Origin: Marsupella aquatica
Taxonomy: Eukaryota > Plantae > Marchantiophyta
Length of the DNA stretch: 64,000 bases
Assembly: GCA_973895155.1 (NCBI GenBank)
Contig: OZ316893.1
Span: forward strand, 7,526,963-7,590,962
Direction: 5' to 3'
How positions within the stretch are numbered: position 1 is the stretch's first letter; the number at the start of each line of letters is the position of its first letter. Below, in pieces: positions 1 through 11,830 of this stretch. The notes under the pieces are model-generated. The model ran no database searches and had not been told where the DNA came from. It saw only the letters and a program-made list of their open reading frames with translations. A program made the position numbers and the translations under genes.

Positions 1-328
1 GACTCAAATAGGTTTTTTGTCATTTCAATCATAGTCCAAAATGAATACAATGGTGCTAAACACTGATTTATCATTGTTTTGATAGGTTACGTCATTTAGG
101 ACATATGTTTGAATAGACCATTTTAAGAAAATGGTGTCATTTTGGTCATATCAATCATTACAGACCTTTTACAAAATGACACAAAAATGATCATTTTGTC
201 ATTTCAGTCTATTGGTTATTTGGACAGTCATTCTCCGGTCATTCATTTTGTGTCATTGAGTATTTAGGTCATTTATGCATTTCAGTCATTGGGCGGTAGG
301 TCATAAAGGGCCATGTTTTCTTCTAGTG
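1..328. mobile_element. Right terminus of a CACTA element extending left out of the window
   Basis: Ends ...CATGTTTTCTTCTAGTG at 328 (reverse complement CACTAGAAGAAAACATG). It is preceded by dense GTCATT/AATGAC subterminal repeats. Confidence 0.7.
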
Positions 329-648
329 TTTGTCGATAGAGATGCTGAAGTCGGGGCTTGATTGGAAAATAATGAAAGACCTACCAAAATCAATGTAACA
401 TCATCAATTTGACGTCAATAACCCTAAACGTCCTTCCAAGCTACGTGACAGAAATAAGAACAGGGTCACAAATGATGTTTTTTTACTATGATGTACCTTG
501 CAACATTTCTTATTGTTTCACATACGACGTTAATAAAAATCTGCGTTGTGTTAGAAGACGCTAAGTTAGGTTGACGACGTAAAGTAATCGAGTAACATAG
601 GTATATACAACATAGTTTGAAAGAACGCAACCCTAAAAGTCAGACTTT

Positions 649-3600
649 TGGTTTTTTATCAGTGTATGCACCGAATAATACTGGGGAACGGACCTTGCTG
701 TGGAATGATCTTCGGGATGAACTCCCTTGCAACCGTTGGGTTGTTTGTGGGGATTTCAACATGACAGAATTTTGCTGTGACTCCACGGGCGTTTCACCTC
801 TACTCGCTGGACGGGAATTAGAGTTTTGGAGGTTTCTGAAGACCTGCCTCGACTTACAAGATGCAATTACCATTCTGAACGAGGTGACAGGTTCCAGGTT
901 CACTTGGCGTAGGGTGCGCAATGGTATACTTCTTCAGTCCCGCCTTGATCGGTTTTACTTCAGTGAGAAAGGCAGATGGACTGACGAGATTGTTGATCTC
1001 ACTCATGACGGGACTTCTGCACTGTCTGACCATGATCCAGTGATTATTTCTTTCCGAATGGGTTCCATTGCATTGGTTGAATCACAAAGGCGACGAGGCA
1101 CATACTTTAAGGCTAATCCGACTGTGCTCAGGGACTCCGCAAATCTGGAACGACTTAAATTGGCATGGACAGACGGAACTGAGGATGTTGTTGACCCCCA
1201 CCTGAAATTAGATCGGGCCTTCCATAGGTTTCGTGTCTGCTTCATGGATCTTCAGTCCTTGAAACGACCTCAAGTGGTCGAATTGGCTGAACTTAAAGAA
1301 AAGCTACGACTTCTTAAGATTTCCATCATGGATGACTACTCTATAGACAGCATCAGGGATTTCTCCTATCCCGAAGACTGTGTTCGGACGTTGGAGCTAG
1401 CGGAGGCACATCACAACCGCAGGCTCTCCCGGATTAAATGGCTTGGCCAAGGGGACGAGCCTTCTAAGTTTTATTTCTCCTTAGTGAAAGCTAAATGTCA
1501 GAGGGAGAAAATGGAGGTGCTACTAATAGAAGGCGGTGAGATGATTCTGGAGGAAACACTAATTGTAGAGGAAGTGCAGAGACACTACGAGGAATTATAT
1601 TCTCCACCTGAGATGAGTGCAGCACTCGTGAGCGAGAGGATTGCTGCCCGCAGGAGACTGAGCAGCCACACTCATTTTGCCCCTTCTGCGGTTGAGATCC
1701 GGAAACTTGCAGCTCTTCCATCCATACAGGAATTACATGAAACATTGATGCTGCTGCCCGCTGACAAAGCCCCAGGAGTGGACGGGTTGACAGCCGAGGT
1801 TTTCAAGTGCTGTTGGGAATTTATGAAGGTTGATATTCATAATATGGTCTGTGAGTTTTGGCAGACTGGAGAACTGGCACATTGCATCAAAGAAGGGGTG
1901 ATTCGATTCATCCCCAAGAAAACTGACAAGAGGAAACTGAGCGATTGGCGACCTTTAACTATGCTGACCACTATGTACAAAATCTTGGCTAAACTGCTGG
2001 CTGTGAGACTGAAGGTGCTTCTCCCTAAGATAATCAATCCTCAGCAGACAGGATTTATCCCAGGTCGCCATATCTTAGAAAACATTTCCCTTACTTGGTT
2101 AATGAACGACTGGCTGAGCTACACTGGAACTCTTGCTCTCTTCCTTAAACTTGATTTTGAAAAGGCTTTTGATCGAGTGGACCACTCGTACATCTGGGAC
2201 ACGATGCACCTTCTGGGACTTGGCCCACATTTTATCTTCTTAGTTAAATCACTCCTCAGTAATGCAAGCTCTAAGGTTCTCGTCAATGGGCTATGGACTG
2301 CTGATGTCCGGATGCTTCGGGGTGTGCGACAGGGCTGCCCCTTGTCCCCCCTTCTCTTTGCCATTTCGACACAACCGTTGATGGATTGTTTCAGTGCAGA
2401 AATCATTGCTGGCAGGCTCCAAGGCATCCAGGTCTCTCAGTTTCTGAATATCTGCTTTCGACTTTTTGCGGATGATTTAGGACTTTTTATCCCTGCTACA
2501 GAAGTAGCTTTCAATCAAGCCCAGGATGCTATCCATTGCTATGAGATGGCTACGAGAGCTAAGCTCAATCTGAAGAAATCTGTTGTTATTCCTTTTTCTG
2601 TTGATGTGATCCCAGACTGGTTGAAGGACACTGGGTGTTTTATTAGTGAACCCGGCGTGGTGCAGAAGTACTTGGGTGCACCCTTCGGGAATGGATTAGC
2701 GGAGAGCCAACTCCATTGCTTCTGTCTCGATCGTATTGGGGCTAGGCTCTCTTCATGGTCTACACGTTTCTTATCATTTACTGGCAGATTGCTCCTGGTG
2801 AAACATGTCCTCCAGGCCATTCCAGTATACCACATGATGTTCCTACGGTCACCGAAGGTTTTGACCAAGAAACTGATTGCTCTGAGCAGAATCTTTCTAT
2901 GGGGCACTAATGTGCTGGGGGGCAGGCGTGTCCTGTTGGTGGCATGGGAGAAGCTTACTCGTCCCAAGCTGGTTGGGGGCCTTGGTCTGAAAGAGTTCCG
3001 AAGCCATTCGGATGCTCTTCTGAGCAAGTGGTTCACTGAGGCTCTTGACCATCCGTCATCTGAATGGGCTTCTCTGTATGCTGAGAATCTCACTCTAATC
3101 AAATGGAGGAACTACAAGACGATCCGCAGGAATAGGTACTCTATGTCGGACAAGATGCTGCTTAGCACCCCACGTTCTTTTGGGAAATTCATTTATACTG
3201 GTCAACTGTGGGCTGCTTGGGAACTTGTGCGAGCCAACCTTATTTTTATTCCGGGAGTTTCTGCTATCCCTGGTCACTGGGGTATGGAGGATCTGCTACG
3301 TAGTATGATTGGCTTTTATGATCTCCCTGAGTCTAACATACTTGCGATAGTTAAGATCTGCGGTCGTCTGGGATCCCGTACTGTTGCGGATCTATGGTCT
3401 CAAGCTGACAGGGAATGGAAACCCGTGACTGATCTTGTCGTACGGTTCAGGGGATTTTCCTGGGAAGTGAAGCAGGGGACACTTGCTTTTATCCGGGCTA
3501 TTCACCTATCTGTTTTCCGGGGATGTGCTTTTGACTCAATGGCTAGGCAATGGAGATGGTTAGATAAGGACACTGTTCCCCATTGCTTTGAGCTATCTAA

Positions 3601-4594
3601 CAGCCGGGTGTATGAAATGCTCCGCCCCAAGGGCTCTGATTTCTGCCGGCTCAACCGGATCTGGAATGAAACACTAACTGAGGCTGCCTGGTGTAGAGTT
3701 TGGACAGTGGTGTGGACGGCTGACCTCTCTACTAAGGCTAAAACTTTTGTATGGAGGATATTGGCACAAGGACTTTTCTCTGGTTCCAGGGCGTTGAGGA
3801 TGTCTAAATCAGATGGAACTTGTACTCTGTGTGTGGGCACTGTGGAAACTATCCCCCACATTTTCCTTTACTGCAGACATGCGATCTGCTGTTGGAGGGT
3901 GATCCGAGGCTGGCTGCTTGGTGCTTTAGACCTTGGCCTTTTGTCTATCGTTGGTTTGCTTCACTCCAATACGGGGAAGGGACCTCTGACTACACTACGT
4001 CTTTTCCTATTGTATCAATCCCTATGGTGCTTATGGCTTGCACGGAACTCTCAGACTTTTGACCGATCCAAGTTGAGGGTGTTCGATCAACTGTTGATCT
4101 TCTCAGAGACCCTTGATCACCTGAATGCAGTAGCCGCATCCTCAGTCCTGGGCAAGAAGCATAGAAGACTTACTCAAGCTATCTCGATCTTAACTGTAGA
4201 ACAGAATAGAATTCTCCGGAGTGGTGTACGTCGCACTGTTACTCACTGACTTGTGTTCTTTTTGGAGATGCAGCATATGAGATGGTTAACTAGGAATTGC
4301 TCTATGATTGATAGTATACTGTAGGTCAGAGGTTTCTTCATAGTAAAAGGGATTTTACTAGGATAATCTAAGCACTGCTGGATCCCACTCTATGAAGTAT
4401 CTAGTCTGATCACTGAGCTATGTTGCTCGGTTACTCTATTGGGAATCCCTTGGCTTGTATACTGCTTTGTTGTTGCTGCGGCATAGCTCTGTTTTTTTTC
4501 TTTCCGCCCTGGATGGCCTGCCGCCTTTTGGCCTGCTTGGTTCCCCCATCTGTGGGGTTCACGCGGAATAAAAATTAAATTAAAAAAAAAGAAA
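649..4594 (+). mobile_element. 5'-truncated L1/Tx1-like non-LTR retrotransposon (LINE)
   Basis: 14-bp TSD AAAAGTCAGACTTT at 635-648 and 4595-4608, AATAAA plus A-rich tail at ~4567-4594, and an uninterrupted ORF2. Confidence 0.93.
650..4249 (+). CDS. LINE ORF2: C-terminal part of APE endonuclease, reverse transcriptase, zf-RVT
   Basis: Endonuclease motifs SVYAPN, GDFN, SRLDRFY, SDH. RT motifs KAPGVDG, WRPLTML, LDFEKAFD, GVRQGCPLSP, LFADD, KYLG. C-terminal CxxC...H...C. The listed ORF start at 617 lies in flanking DNA. Confidence 0.93.
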   Translation, partial: GFLSVYAPNNTGERTLLWNDLRDELPCNRWVVCGDFNMTEFCCDSTGVSPLLAGRELEFWRFLKTCLDLQDAITILNEVTGSRFTWRRVRNGILLQSRLDRFYFSEKGRWTDEIVDLTHDGTSALSDHDPVIISFRMGSIALVESQRRRGTYFKANPTVLRDSANLERLKLAWTDGTEDVVDPHLKLDRAFHRFRVCFMDLQSLKRPQVVELAELKEKLRLLKISIMDDYSIDSIRDFSYPEDCVRTLELAEAHHNRRLSRIKWLGQGDEPSKFYFSLVKAKCQREKMEVLLIEGGEMILEETLIVEEVQRHYEELYSPPEMSAALVSERIAARRRLSSHTHFAPSAVEIRKLAALPSIQELHETLMLLPADKAPGVDGLTAEVFKCCWEFMKVDIHNMVCEFWQTGELAHCIKEGVIRFIPKKTDKRKLSDWRPLTMLTTMYKILAKLLAVRLKVLLPKIINPQQTGFIPGRHILENISLTWLMNDWLSYTGTLALFLKLDFEKAFDRVDHSYIWDTMHLLGLGPHFIFLVKSLLSNASSKVLVNGLWTADVRMLRGVRQGCPLSPLLFAISTQPLMDCFSAEIIAGRLQGIQVSQFLNICFRLFADDLGLFIPATEVAFNQAQDAIHCYEMATRAKLNLKKSVVIPFSVDVIPDWLKDTGCFISEPGVVQKYLGAPFGNGLAESQLHCFCLDRIGARLSSWSTRFLSFTGRLLLVKHVLQAIPVYHMMFLRSPKVLTKKLIALSRIFLWGTNVLGGRRVLLVAWEKLTRPKLVGGLGLKEFRSHSDALLSKWFTEALDHPSSEWASLYAENLTLIKWRNYKTIRRNRYSMSDKMLLSTPRSFGKFIYTGQLWAAWELVRANLIFIPGVSAIPGHWGMEDLLRSMIGFYDLPESNILAIVKICGRLGSRTVADLWSQADREWKPVTDLVVRFRGFSWEVKQGTLAFIRAIHLSVFRGCAFDSMARQWRWLDKDTVPHCFELSNSRVYEMLRPKGSDFCRLNRIWNETLTEAAWCRVWTVVWTADLSTKAKTFVWRILAQGLFSGSRALRMSKSDGTCTLCVGTVETIPHIFLYCRHAICCWRVIRGWLLGALDLGLLSIVGLLHSNTGKGPLTTLRLFLLYQSLWCLWLARNSQTFDRSKLRVFDQLLIFSETLDHLNAVAASSVLGKKHRRLTQAISILTVEQNRILRSGVRRTVTH

Positions 4595-4608
4595 AAAAGT
4601 CAGACTTT

Positions 4609-4975
4609 GTTGTTTTCACATTGCTTTGAGGAAAACATTACCTTTTCTACAATCTTGTCTCCAATGGTGTCTGGTCGATACCATGGAAGCCCAAAGTGTT
4701 CTTCTGGGCAGTGAGTGTGATCCTGGTACACCCCTAAGCTATACAAGATGCACCCACTTGGGCACATGTGGATAGTCTCTAAAGCCAATCCAATTGGGCT
4801 AACAAAATCTTAGCCTCCCTCACACATCCAGGGAGAGTGTTTGGTTGGGGCAAGAGTTTGGTGTGGAAAAATTGGAAGAGTGCATCTGGATGGACATGTA
4901 TGGACATCCAAACCATTGAAAACTCCTTGCAAATTCAACATCAACAAAGTTGCACCCAACTTGTATTTGCAAAAC
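4609..4975 (-). pseudogene. Degenerate CACTA transposase fragment
   Basis: KLGATLLMLNLQ and IHMCPSGCILY...C...WYRPD align by eye with RLSAILGLMNLQ and VHACVNDCMLF...RYDP of the transposase at 8436-9644. Confidence 0.7.
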
Positions 4976-5219
4976 CACAAAAACCACTTCATGCAATTAG
5001 TCCAAGTAGCTAGATGGCATGCTTGGCACTACAGCTTAGACTGCCCAATATGTAGTGGATGAAATTCCAAAGTTGTGATAATTAATGGACAACCTTAATA
5101 CTGTGAGGAGGTCAATTGCAAGATTGAGGGGGGCAAAAGGACGCAAAAAGGATTAGCTCAAAAAGGAGAGACAAAGGACTCAAATATCATAAAGATTTAG
5201 TTGAACACCCACTACAACA

Positions 5220-5705
5220 TATTTGACACTTTTGCGAAGGTATTTTTGTCGACGCTCTTGTATTTCCGATGGGCGGCGCTTTGCATATTTTGCGAATCAA
5301 CCCGCATCGCAATTTGCGATTCTATCCCTATCGCAAATATAATAGCTGAAGCGCATTATATCGCTAATAAATTGCGAAGTAAGTGGTTTTGCAATTTTTA
5401 CCGAAATGCGTCGAATGGAAAGGCACCTTCCAAAGACGGAAAAATTGCTTGCCGACTCCGAAACTAACTCATGTAAATATTTGCGAAGAATATTGGATTG
5501 AAAATGTTTTGCGATAGTAGTTGTTTGACAAGTTTAAAAATGTCGGAGGATGGAAGATTTGCGAAACGCTGAAAATATGAAATTTGTGATTGATTTTGCA
5601 TCACAAGTTTGCGAAGAGTGTAGTATGGAAATATTGAGAAACGAGAAGCTTCATATAAATTGCGAGTCCGGTGAGAGTTTGTGAGCTTCGCAAATTGTTC
5701 GCAAA
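5220..5705. repeat. Left subterminal TTGCGAA/TTCGCAA repeat cluster of the CACTA
   Basis: Many copies in both orientations. Matching clusters lie at ~11940-12170, ~13440-13630 and ~14500-14900. Confidence 0.8.
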
Positions 5706-6170
5706 CTAAAAATTAAGATTATTGTGAGGTGAGACAATGAAGAGGGTGGATGGTCCAATATATGGATGGGGCAGGAGGGAAGAGGAAGGGAGGATGGAGG
5801 GAGGTACAATGAAGGATGGAAAAGGGAGGGAGTACAATGGAAGAGGAAGGAGGGAGGAGAAAGAGGAAGGGAGGAGGAGGGACAGACGTACCACGGAGGA
5901 GGGAAACACGAGGGTGAGAATGAAAATTATGGAATAAGTAGGAAATAAAGTTATATTGAGCAACAGAGGTTAGATAGAAAGTTGCATGTAAAATTCACAA
6001 GTGATCACAATAAAACAATACAATACATATGTCATGAGTATGACTCATTCAAAAGTGAATGGCAAATATAAATATAGACAATCCTTTTTTTTATATCACC
6101 AAACATGAACAAATCAAATATAACATGAACAAATGTCTAGGCTGGACCCAAGTGCATATAAATATGTCCC

Positions 6171-9100
6171 TCACACTTGGTCCTCATCGGCCTCAAGGTC
6201 ATCTAGGTCTGATACAATAACATCTGGCTTCTCAGAAACAATGGAACGAGAACGTGGCACATAGGTGATGACAATTGACCACTCGGTGTCTAAGGGGTAT
6301 GGAATGTAGAAACATTGCTCCAAGTGTGATGGGAAAGCAAATGGTTCTGACGTTTGCCAATGAGATGCTTGAACACTAGTGGCACTTGTCTTCAACCGTG
6401 TAAACCCACTCTCATCTTGAAGTACAGTGCAATTTTGACCAACAAGGTTCACTTTGAACCACTTGCACTTGAAGACATATTCCTCAAACTTTGAATGGTT
6501 GTCATATGATACCACCAAGATCTCCTCTATCTTCCCATAGTGTGGCACAACATCTCTAACAATGTTCCTGTCATGGCGGCTGCTTCTGGAGTCTTGAGAA
6601 AATTCCCCTTGAACTCCACAATCAAAAGTACGACCCCTCTTCTCATCAAGGGAAGAAACCCTAAAAGTAACAAAACCCACAAATTTTTATTACACTATAA
6701 AAGATACCATTAATGTAATAATCATCAAAATATGACACCCATCCCTAAATAGCCAAAATCCACATGGCCTATGGCATAAATATAGAAGCCAACATTACAG
6801 TTATGGATGTCATTAATGATAATAGAAAGTTTTTAAACAATAGAAATAACTAATCAAAATGAGGTCTACATGAATTAATAGAGGAAGAAAGGTTAGGTAC
6901 TAGTGGACCTGAAGTGTCTCCCTTGTGTCCACATAGCCGTCTTGGATGTCACCACTCTCAAAGGGCCATGAACAATGGTCCGAACGTCATCTGTGATGGT
7001 AGGAAAGTGGGACACATCTCCTCCTTGTGTCACCATGTCATCCAACTCAAGCAACTTTTGCTTCATATACTCATGCATCTTAGGAAAAATTCTTGCTCTT
7101 TGACTTGTTCTCTTGGCATTCTCATAAAACTCTCTCCATTTCTCCATGATATTACTATTACTCAACATAAATGTTGTCAACTGTGACCACTCTGTTGATG
7201 TCAACATGCGTGTTTTTGTGGCACCTGTTAAACGGTCCTCCTCCTCTTCTCTTTCGTGGACAAGTAGGATCAATGGTGGCCAAGATGTTACTACAATAAA
7301 ACATACTCTCTGCTGCCAAGTATCCTGTAGCTATGCTTCTCTCCACCCGTGCACGGTTACGTACATAAGCCTTCAACACCGCCATGTAACGCTCAAGCCA
7401 ATACATCCATCTACAATGCACTGGACCTGCAATGGCAACCTCCCGCACAAGATGCACAAGTAAATGAACCTGACAATCAAAGAAGGAAGGAGGAAGGGCT
7501 TTCTCCAACTTGCATACCACCTCAGCTGCCAATACCTCCATCCCAGGGATCTCTTCTACATATATCTCCTTTGAGCATATCCATCTCAACAAACGACCCA
7601 ATGACCAGATGGCATCTTGCACTTCTTCACTCCCTATACCTATAATTGCCACTGGCAATATATGCTGCAATAGGCGATGATAGTCATGTGTCTTCAGATA
7701 TCGTGGCCACTTGTGATTGTCCTCCATCCCAAAAGCTTTTCGAAGGTTGGCACCATAGCCTGTAGGAAACCGCATCTCTCCTATACGGTTCCAAAATTCA
7801 CGTCTTTGGCCAACACTCAACACCCAAGGAGCAGAAGGACGATTCTCCACACCTGTGATAGGATCAATTGTCACCCAAACATCTGGATGCATTTCCATCT
7901 CCTCGCATACCTCCCTAAAATTAGTGTCCTTCTCCCCATAAAAATGCTTTATCAAAGCCTTCCCCACATTTCCCTCTATGTGCATGGGGTCTAAAAGATG
8001 GCGGATCTTCAACTCAGACCAATAGGGCAAAGTGGCTAGTATACTCCACCTGGTCAAACCTGTCCTATCAAAGGTGAAGGAATCATTTGGGTCTGCCACC
8101 CTATTAGCTAGTGACTTCCAATGTGCAAAACTTGTTGCATCAGGAATTTCACGCTCATCACCAAATGGCATGTCAAAGGAGGAGAATAGAAGTGGGTCAA
8201 ACCTCATCTCATGCCCCATGGGAAGAAACTTTGTATGCCCAATATAAACAATCTTTCTAATCCATGAACAATATGTGGCCATGTCCTCTAAGCTTGGGCC
8301 ACAAGTAGAGCAAGCTTTGTACCCCTGAGTTTGCAATCCAGAGACAAAACCAAACCCTGCTTACATAGAAGAAATCAAACCATGCAAACTTTATGTTAGG
8401 GTTGTCACATGAGAAACATCAATAGGAACTACACATTATTGAAGGGTTGCAAATGGCATGGAAGTCATCTTACCAGGATAGTCATGCATTGTCCAACAAA
8501 TGATCCCTCTCAATTGAAAGACACGTGGAAAACCTCCTGTAATTTTCCTGCCATCATATGCCCACACTCCATTCCATAATTTTTGAAGTTCTCCAACCAA
8601 TAGTGCCAAGTAAGTGTCAAAGTTCTTCACCTTTTTTGGACCTGGGATAATCAAAGACAATAAAAGGAACCCCTTCTTCATGGATAGCCATGGTGGGAGG
8701 TTATAATTCATGACAACCACAGGCCAAACTGATGTAGGTTGCCCCTTTCCTCCAAGTGAATGAGGGCTAACTCCATTAGATGCCAATCCTAGCCTCACAT
8801 GGCGAGGATCATGTGCAAAGTCTGGCCATGTTGCCTCAATATGTTTGTGAGCAGGGGAGTCAACTGGCAACCGCATGACACCAGACTCTGATCGATGAGT
8901 CTTATGCCATACCATCAACTCTGCCAAGTCAGAACACCGATACATGTGCAACAACCGAGGAATGATGGGAAACCAACGAACAGCCTTCCTTGGCACCTTC
9001 TTTGTTAGCATGTTGGGGTCATAGCGAGGCTCATCACATGTTGTACATTGTGTCATGTTTGCATTGGCCCCATGAAATAACATGCAATCATTCACACATG

Positions 9101-10976
9101 CATGAACAATATGATATTCCATGCCAATAGATGAGAGAACACTCTTTGCCTCCTTCCAAGTTGCTGGCAACACATTCTCAGTGGGCAACATAAGGTCATG
9201 GCAAAGTGCAAACATATCAGATAACAAGGCATTGCTTGCCTTGTGTTTGGCCTGTAGGTTCATCAACCCCAAGATGGCTGAAAGACGACTCAAACGAGCA
9301 CCCTCATAGATAGGTGTTCGGGCATGTTCCTCTGCTTCTTCCCATTGGCGTTGTCCCTCAGGGGTATGCCTTGGGCGTGGATCATTGGGGGGCACCTGCC
9401 CTTCATTGGGAAGGTCATCACCAAGGTTGTCGGCACCAAACCAATCAACCATAAAGTCATCCATGGCTCTATCCTGGTCATCAGTTACTTGTTCATCCGT
9501 CCGAGGTACCTCTTCATCAGGGTTACTGCTTCCACTAGCACTTGATGAGGAGTGTGACTCTGATCCATGTCCTTCTTCTGGCATACCCATTTCTCGATAT
9601 GTTGCTCTCAATCTCCGTGGTAACATATTTGGAGAGGGTCGCACATTCTAAAAACAAAGCAAACAATTGAAAGTTATATTGCAAAGAGAACACACACAAA
9701 AATGGGCTAGGGGTGTGCAAAAATGAAATAATATTGGTTGTGGTGCAAATACAAAATGTGGCCAAAGGCCATATGTAGTGCCCTTTGATATGCAACATAC
9801 CACCTATGACCCTTAACTTAACCCTAATCCCACTCATAGTGAGTAAATAACTCATCCCCTGAGTTAATGGTCCTTGTTGCTACAACTAGGCAATGGTCAT
9901 GATGATATGTCTGGCCATAAGGTGCTGGCGGAGGACCCTCAATAAAAACCCACTCACAATTTTGCCTACGCTTAGGGCGAGTCCCCACGGTACTGTTTAT
10001 GAAACCATCAATATTCCCAGTCCGTATGGGGTCCCCATCTATGACACGCTGCTCACTATACCTTCTAGTGTTTCCATCAAAAGTATCCATGTCCAATGCA
10101 TAAGTCTTCCACTCAGGGTGTTGTGCAAGGATCATGTTCCAATGTCTTCTCTTGTAGATGGGTCCACCATAAGGAAACAAAGTAGGCCCCTCTCAGCCGC
10201 GTCCACCTCTACCACTCTCGGCGTCTACAATGATGTCCTCACAGGCAAAAACTCCATAGCCATGTCTATCCCCAAGTGTGGAAGGTTTGATAACCCAACG
10301 TCTACCCCAAACCTCTACCTCCGCACCGTAGGAAAGCTGTTGTGGCAAACCAAGAGTCTCAGGATCCCAGTCCTTGATGATAGGGACACATCTGCCAGTG
10401 AACTCACAATCACCCCACCGACCCGTAACCACTGCCTTGTACAAATCAGTATCCCCTCGGGCCCGCCTCTTGGAACGCTTTCTCCCTCTTGGGACAATAG
10501 CCTCAACCCCAACTTCCCTAGGACTGGTGGGCCTTGCCGCTAGACCCAAGGCTTTTGAGAATGCATTGCCTATAGCATCTAGAACACCTTGTGATGGGAC
10601 ATAGGGTGCTTGTGCTGCAGGTCTAGGCCTATTGGATACCTATTCCACCGAAACCAAAACAAACAAAAGTAGGTGTGAAATTGCAAACCTTCAACCATTG
10701 AGTAATGGGAATAGGGTAGGAAAACTAAGGCATAACACTTACCATATGAGATGAAGAAGCCCCTGCCGTATGACGTCCACAATGCCCATATCTCTCAATA
10801 TGTTGGGCACATATGTAAGATTTTTGGGAAACCTGACCCCCACATCTGGAACATTCACAAAGTTGACGGGGTGGACCGCGAGGAGGAGGTGCGGTCGTGT
10901 GATGTTGAGGTGGAGGTGGTGTATCTTCATCAGAGGAGGACGAGTCTGTGGTGGAGATTTCAGAAGATGAAGACAT
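6171..10976 (-). CDS. CACTA TnpD/Tnp2-type transposase, spliced, with one frameshift near 7255
   Basis: Predicted exons 10976-10743, 9647-8474, 8356-6909 and 6660-6171, with GT-AG sites in compatible phases. Motifs HACVNDCMLF, WFPIIPRL, SVWPVVVMNYNLPPW, DYPG, LDPMHIEGNV, LKTHDYH, VHLLVHL, WMYWLER, HYGKIEEI, FKCKWF and QCFYIPYP. Confidence 0.9.
9824..10639 (-). pseudogene. SET-domain (lysine methyltransferase-like) exon inside the CACTA, with one in-frame TGA at 10193-10195
   Basis: ORFs 10193-10549 and 9824-10180 share one frame: WVIKPSTLGDRHGYGVFACEDI...LFPYGG...YAL...IDGDP..TGNIDGFINS...QNCEW...LVVATRTINSGDELFTHY. This matches SET motifs I-IV. Confidence 0.85.
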
Positions 10977-11429
10977 ATCCCCTGTAACAAGATATAATTA
11001 AAATGGGCATGTTATGACCAAAACATACCACAAAATGATATAAATCAAAGTTCCCAAATAATGATGACAAGAAACCCAAACCAAAATGACCATAGCAATA
11101 AAAAAGGTACCTTTATGAGACCCGGGCTCAGCAGTGCCAATAGCTCTTGTGGCTCTAAGATAATTAATGAACCCAATCTGAAAGTATGAGGGAAAAGCTG
11201 CAACCATTCCATGTATATGTAAGCACAATAATCTGGACCAGACAAGAACAAAAAACCCTATATACATGTCCCCTTTATACATAGTGGCAACCAAAAGTGT
11301 TAAGTACATGAAAGGAACACTTTAGCCGATCATGCAATGTTTACCTTTCAGATGCCCGGGCTCTCACAATGCATATGCATTAGTATCAAATCATCAAAAA
11401 GTGCCGCACCCTGCAAGCTATCATATATT

Positions 11430-11830
11430 CCCCTCCTTTGTTAGCAAAACCCATGCCAATCCCCTTTTGATTCATAAACCCAATGAACCTCTCTTAAACC
11501 CAAAAGGCTGCAATATAAATCTCATGAAACCTTGCTTTGTCTTATCCAAACCTTCAACCCCAAACCGCATCCTACCTATTAAACCTAAATCTGACTTACA
11601 CACGAACCCAAACCTTTCTTCAACCCTAGAGACCTTTCTATTTAAAAACCCCAAACCCTAAAACCCTAAACCCAAACCTTACTTATTTCTTGTAAACCAA
11701 ATCCCACACCTTTATTATTTCTTCTAAACTAATGTAAACCCAAACCTTAGCCTAAACCAACACCATACATAACCCATTAACCTGAAATCTGCCTAACCCT
11801 TCAAACCTGCCTTCAACTATTATCTAACAC
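11430..11830. promoter_or_regulatory. AAACCC(T)-rich spacer between the divergent CACTA genes, candidate bidirectional promoter/leader
   Basis: Dense degenerate telobox-like AAACCCTA/AAACCCA repeats between the head-to-head ORFs. Confidence 0.35.

Noticed and set aside
5026-5058. CACTACA...TGTAGTG mini inverted repeat
   Set aside because: Only 7 bp of pairing and no TSD.
10193-10195. Programmed read-through or selenocysteine at the SET-frame TGA
   Set aside because: A CGA-to-TGA deamination is the simpler explanation, and the same element also has a transposase frameshift.
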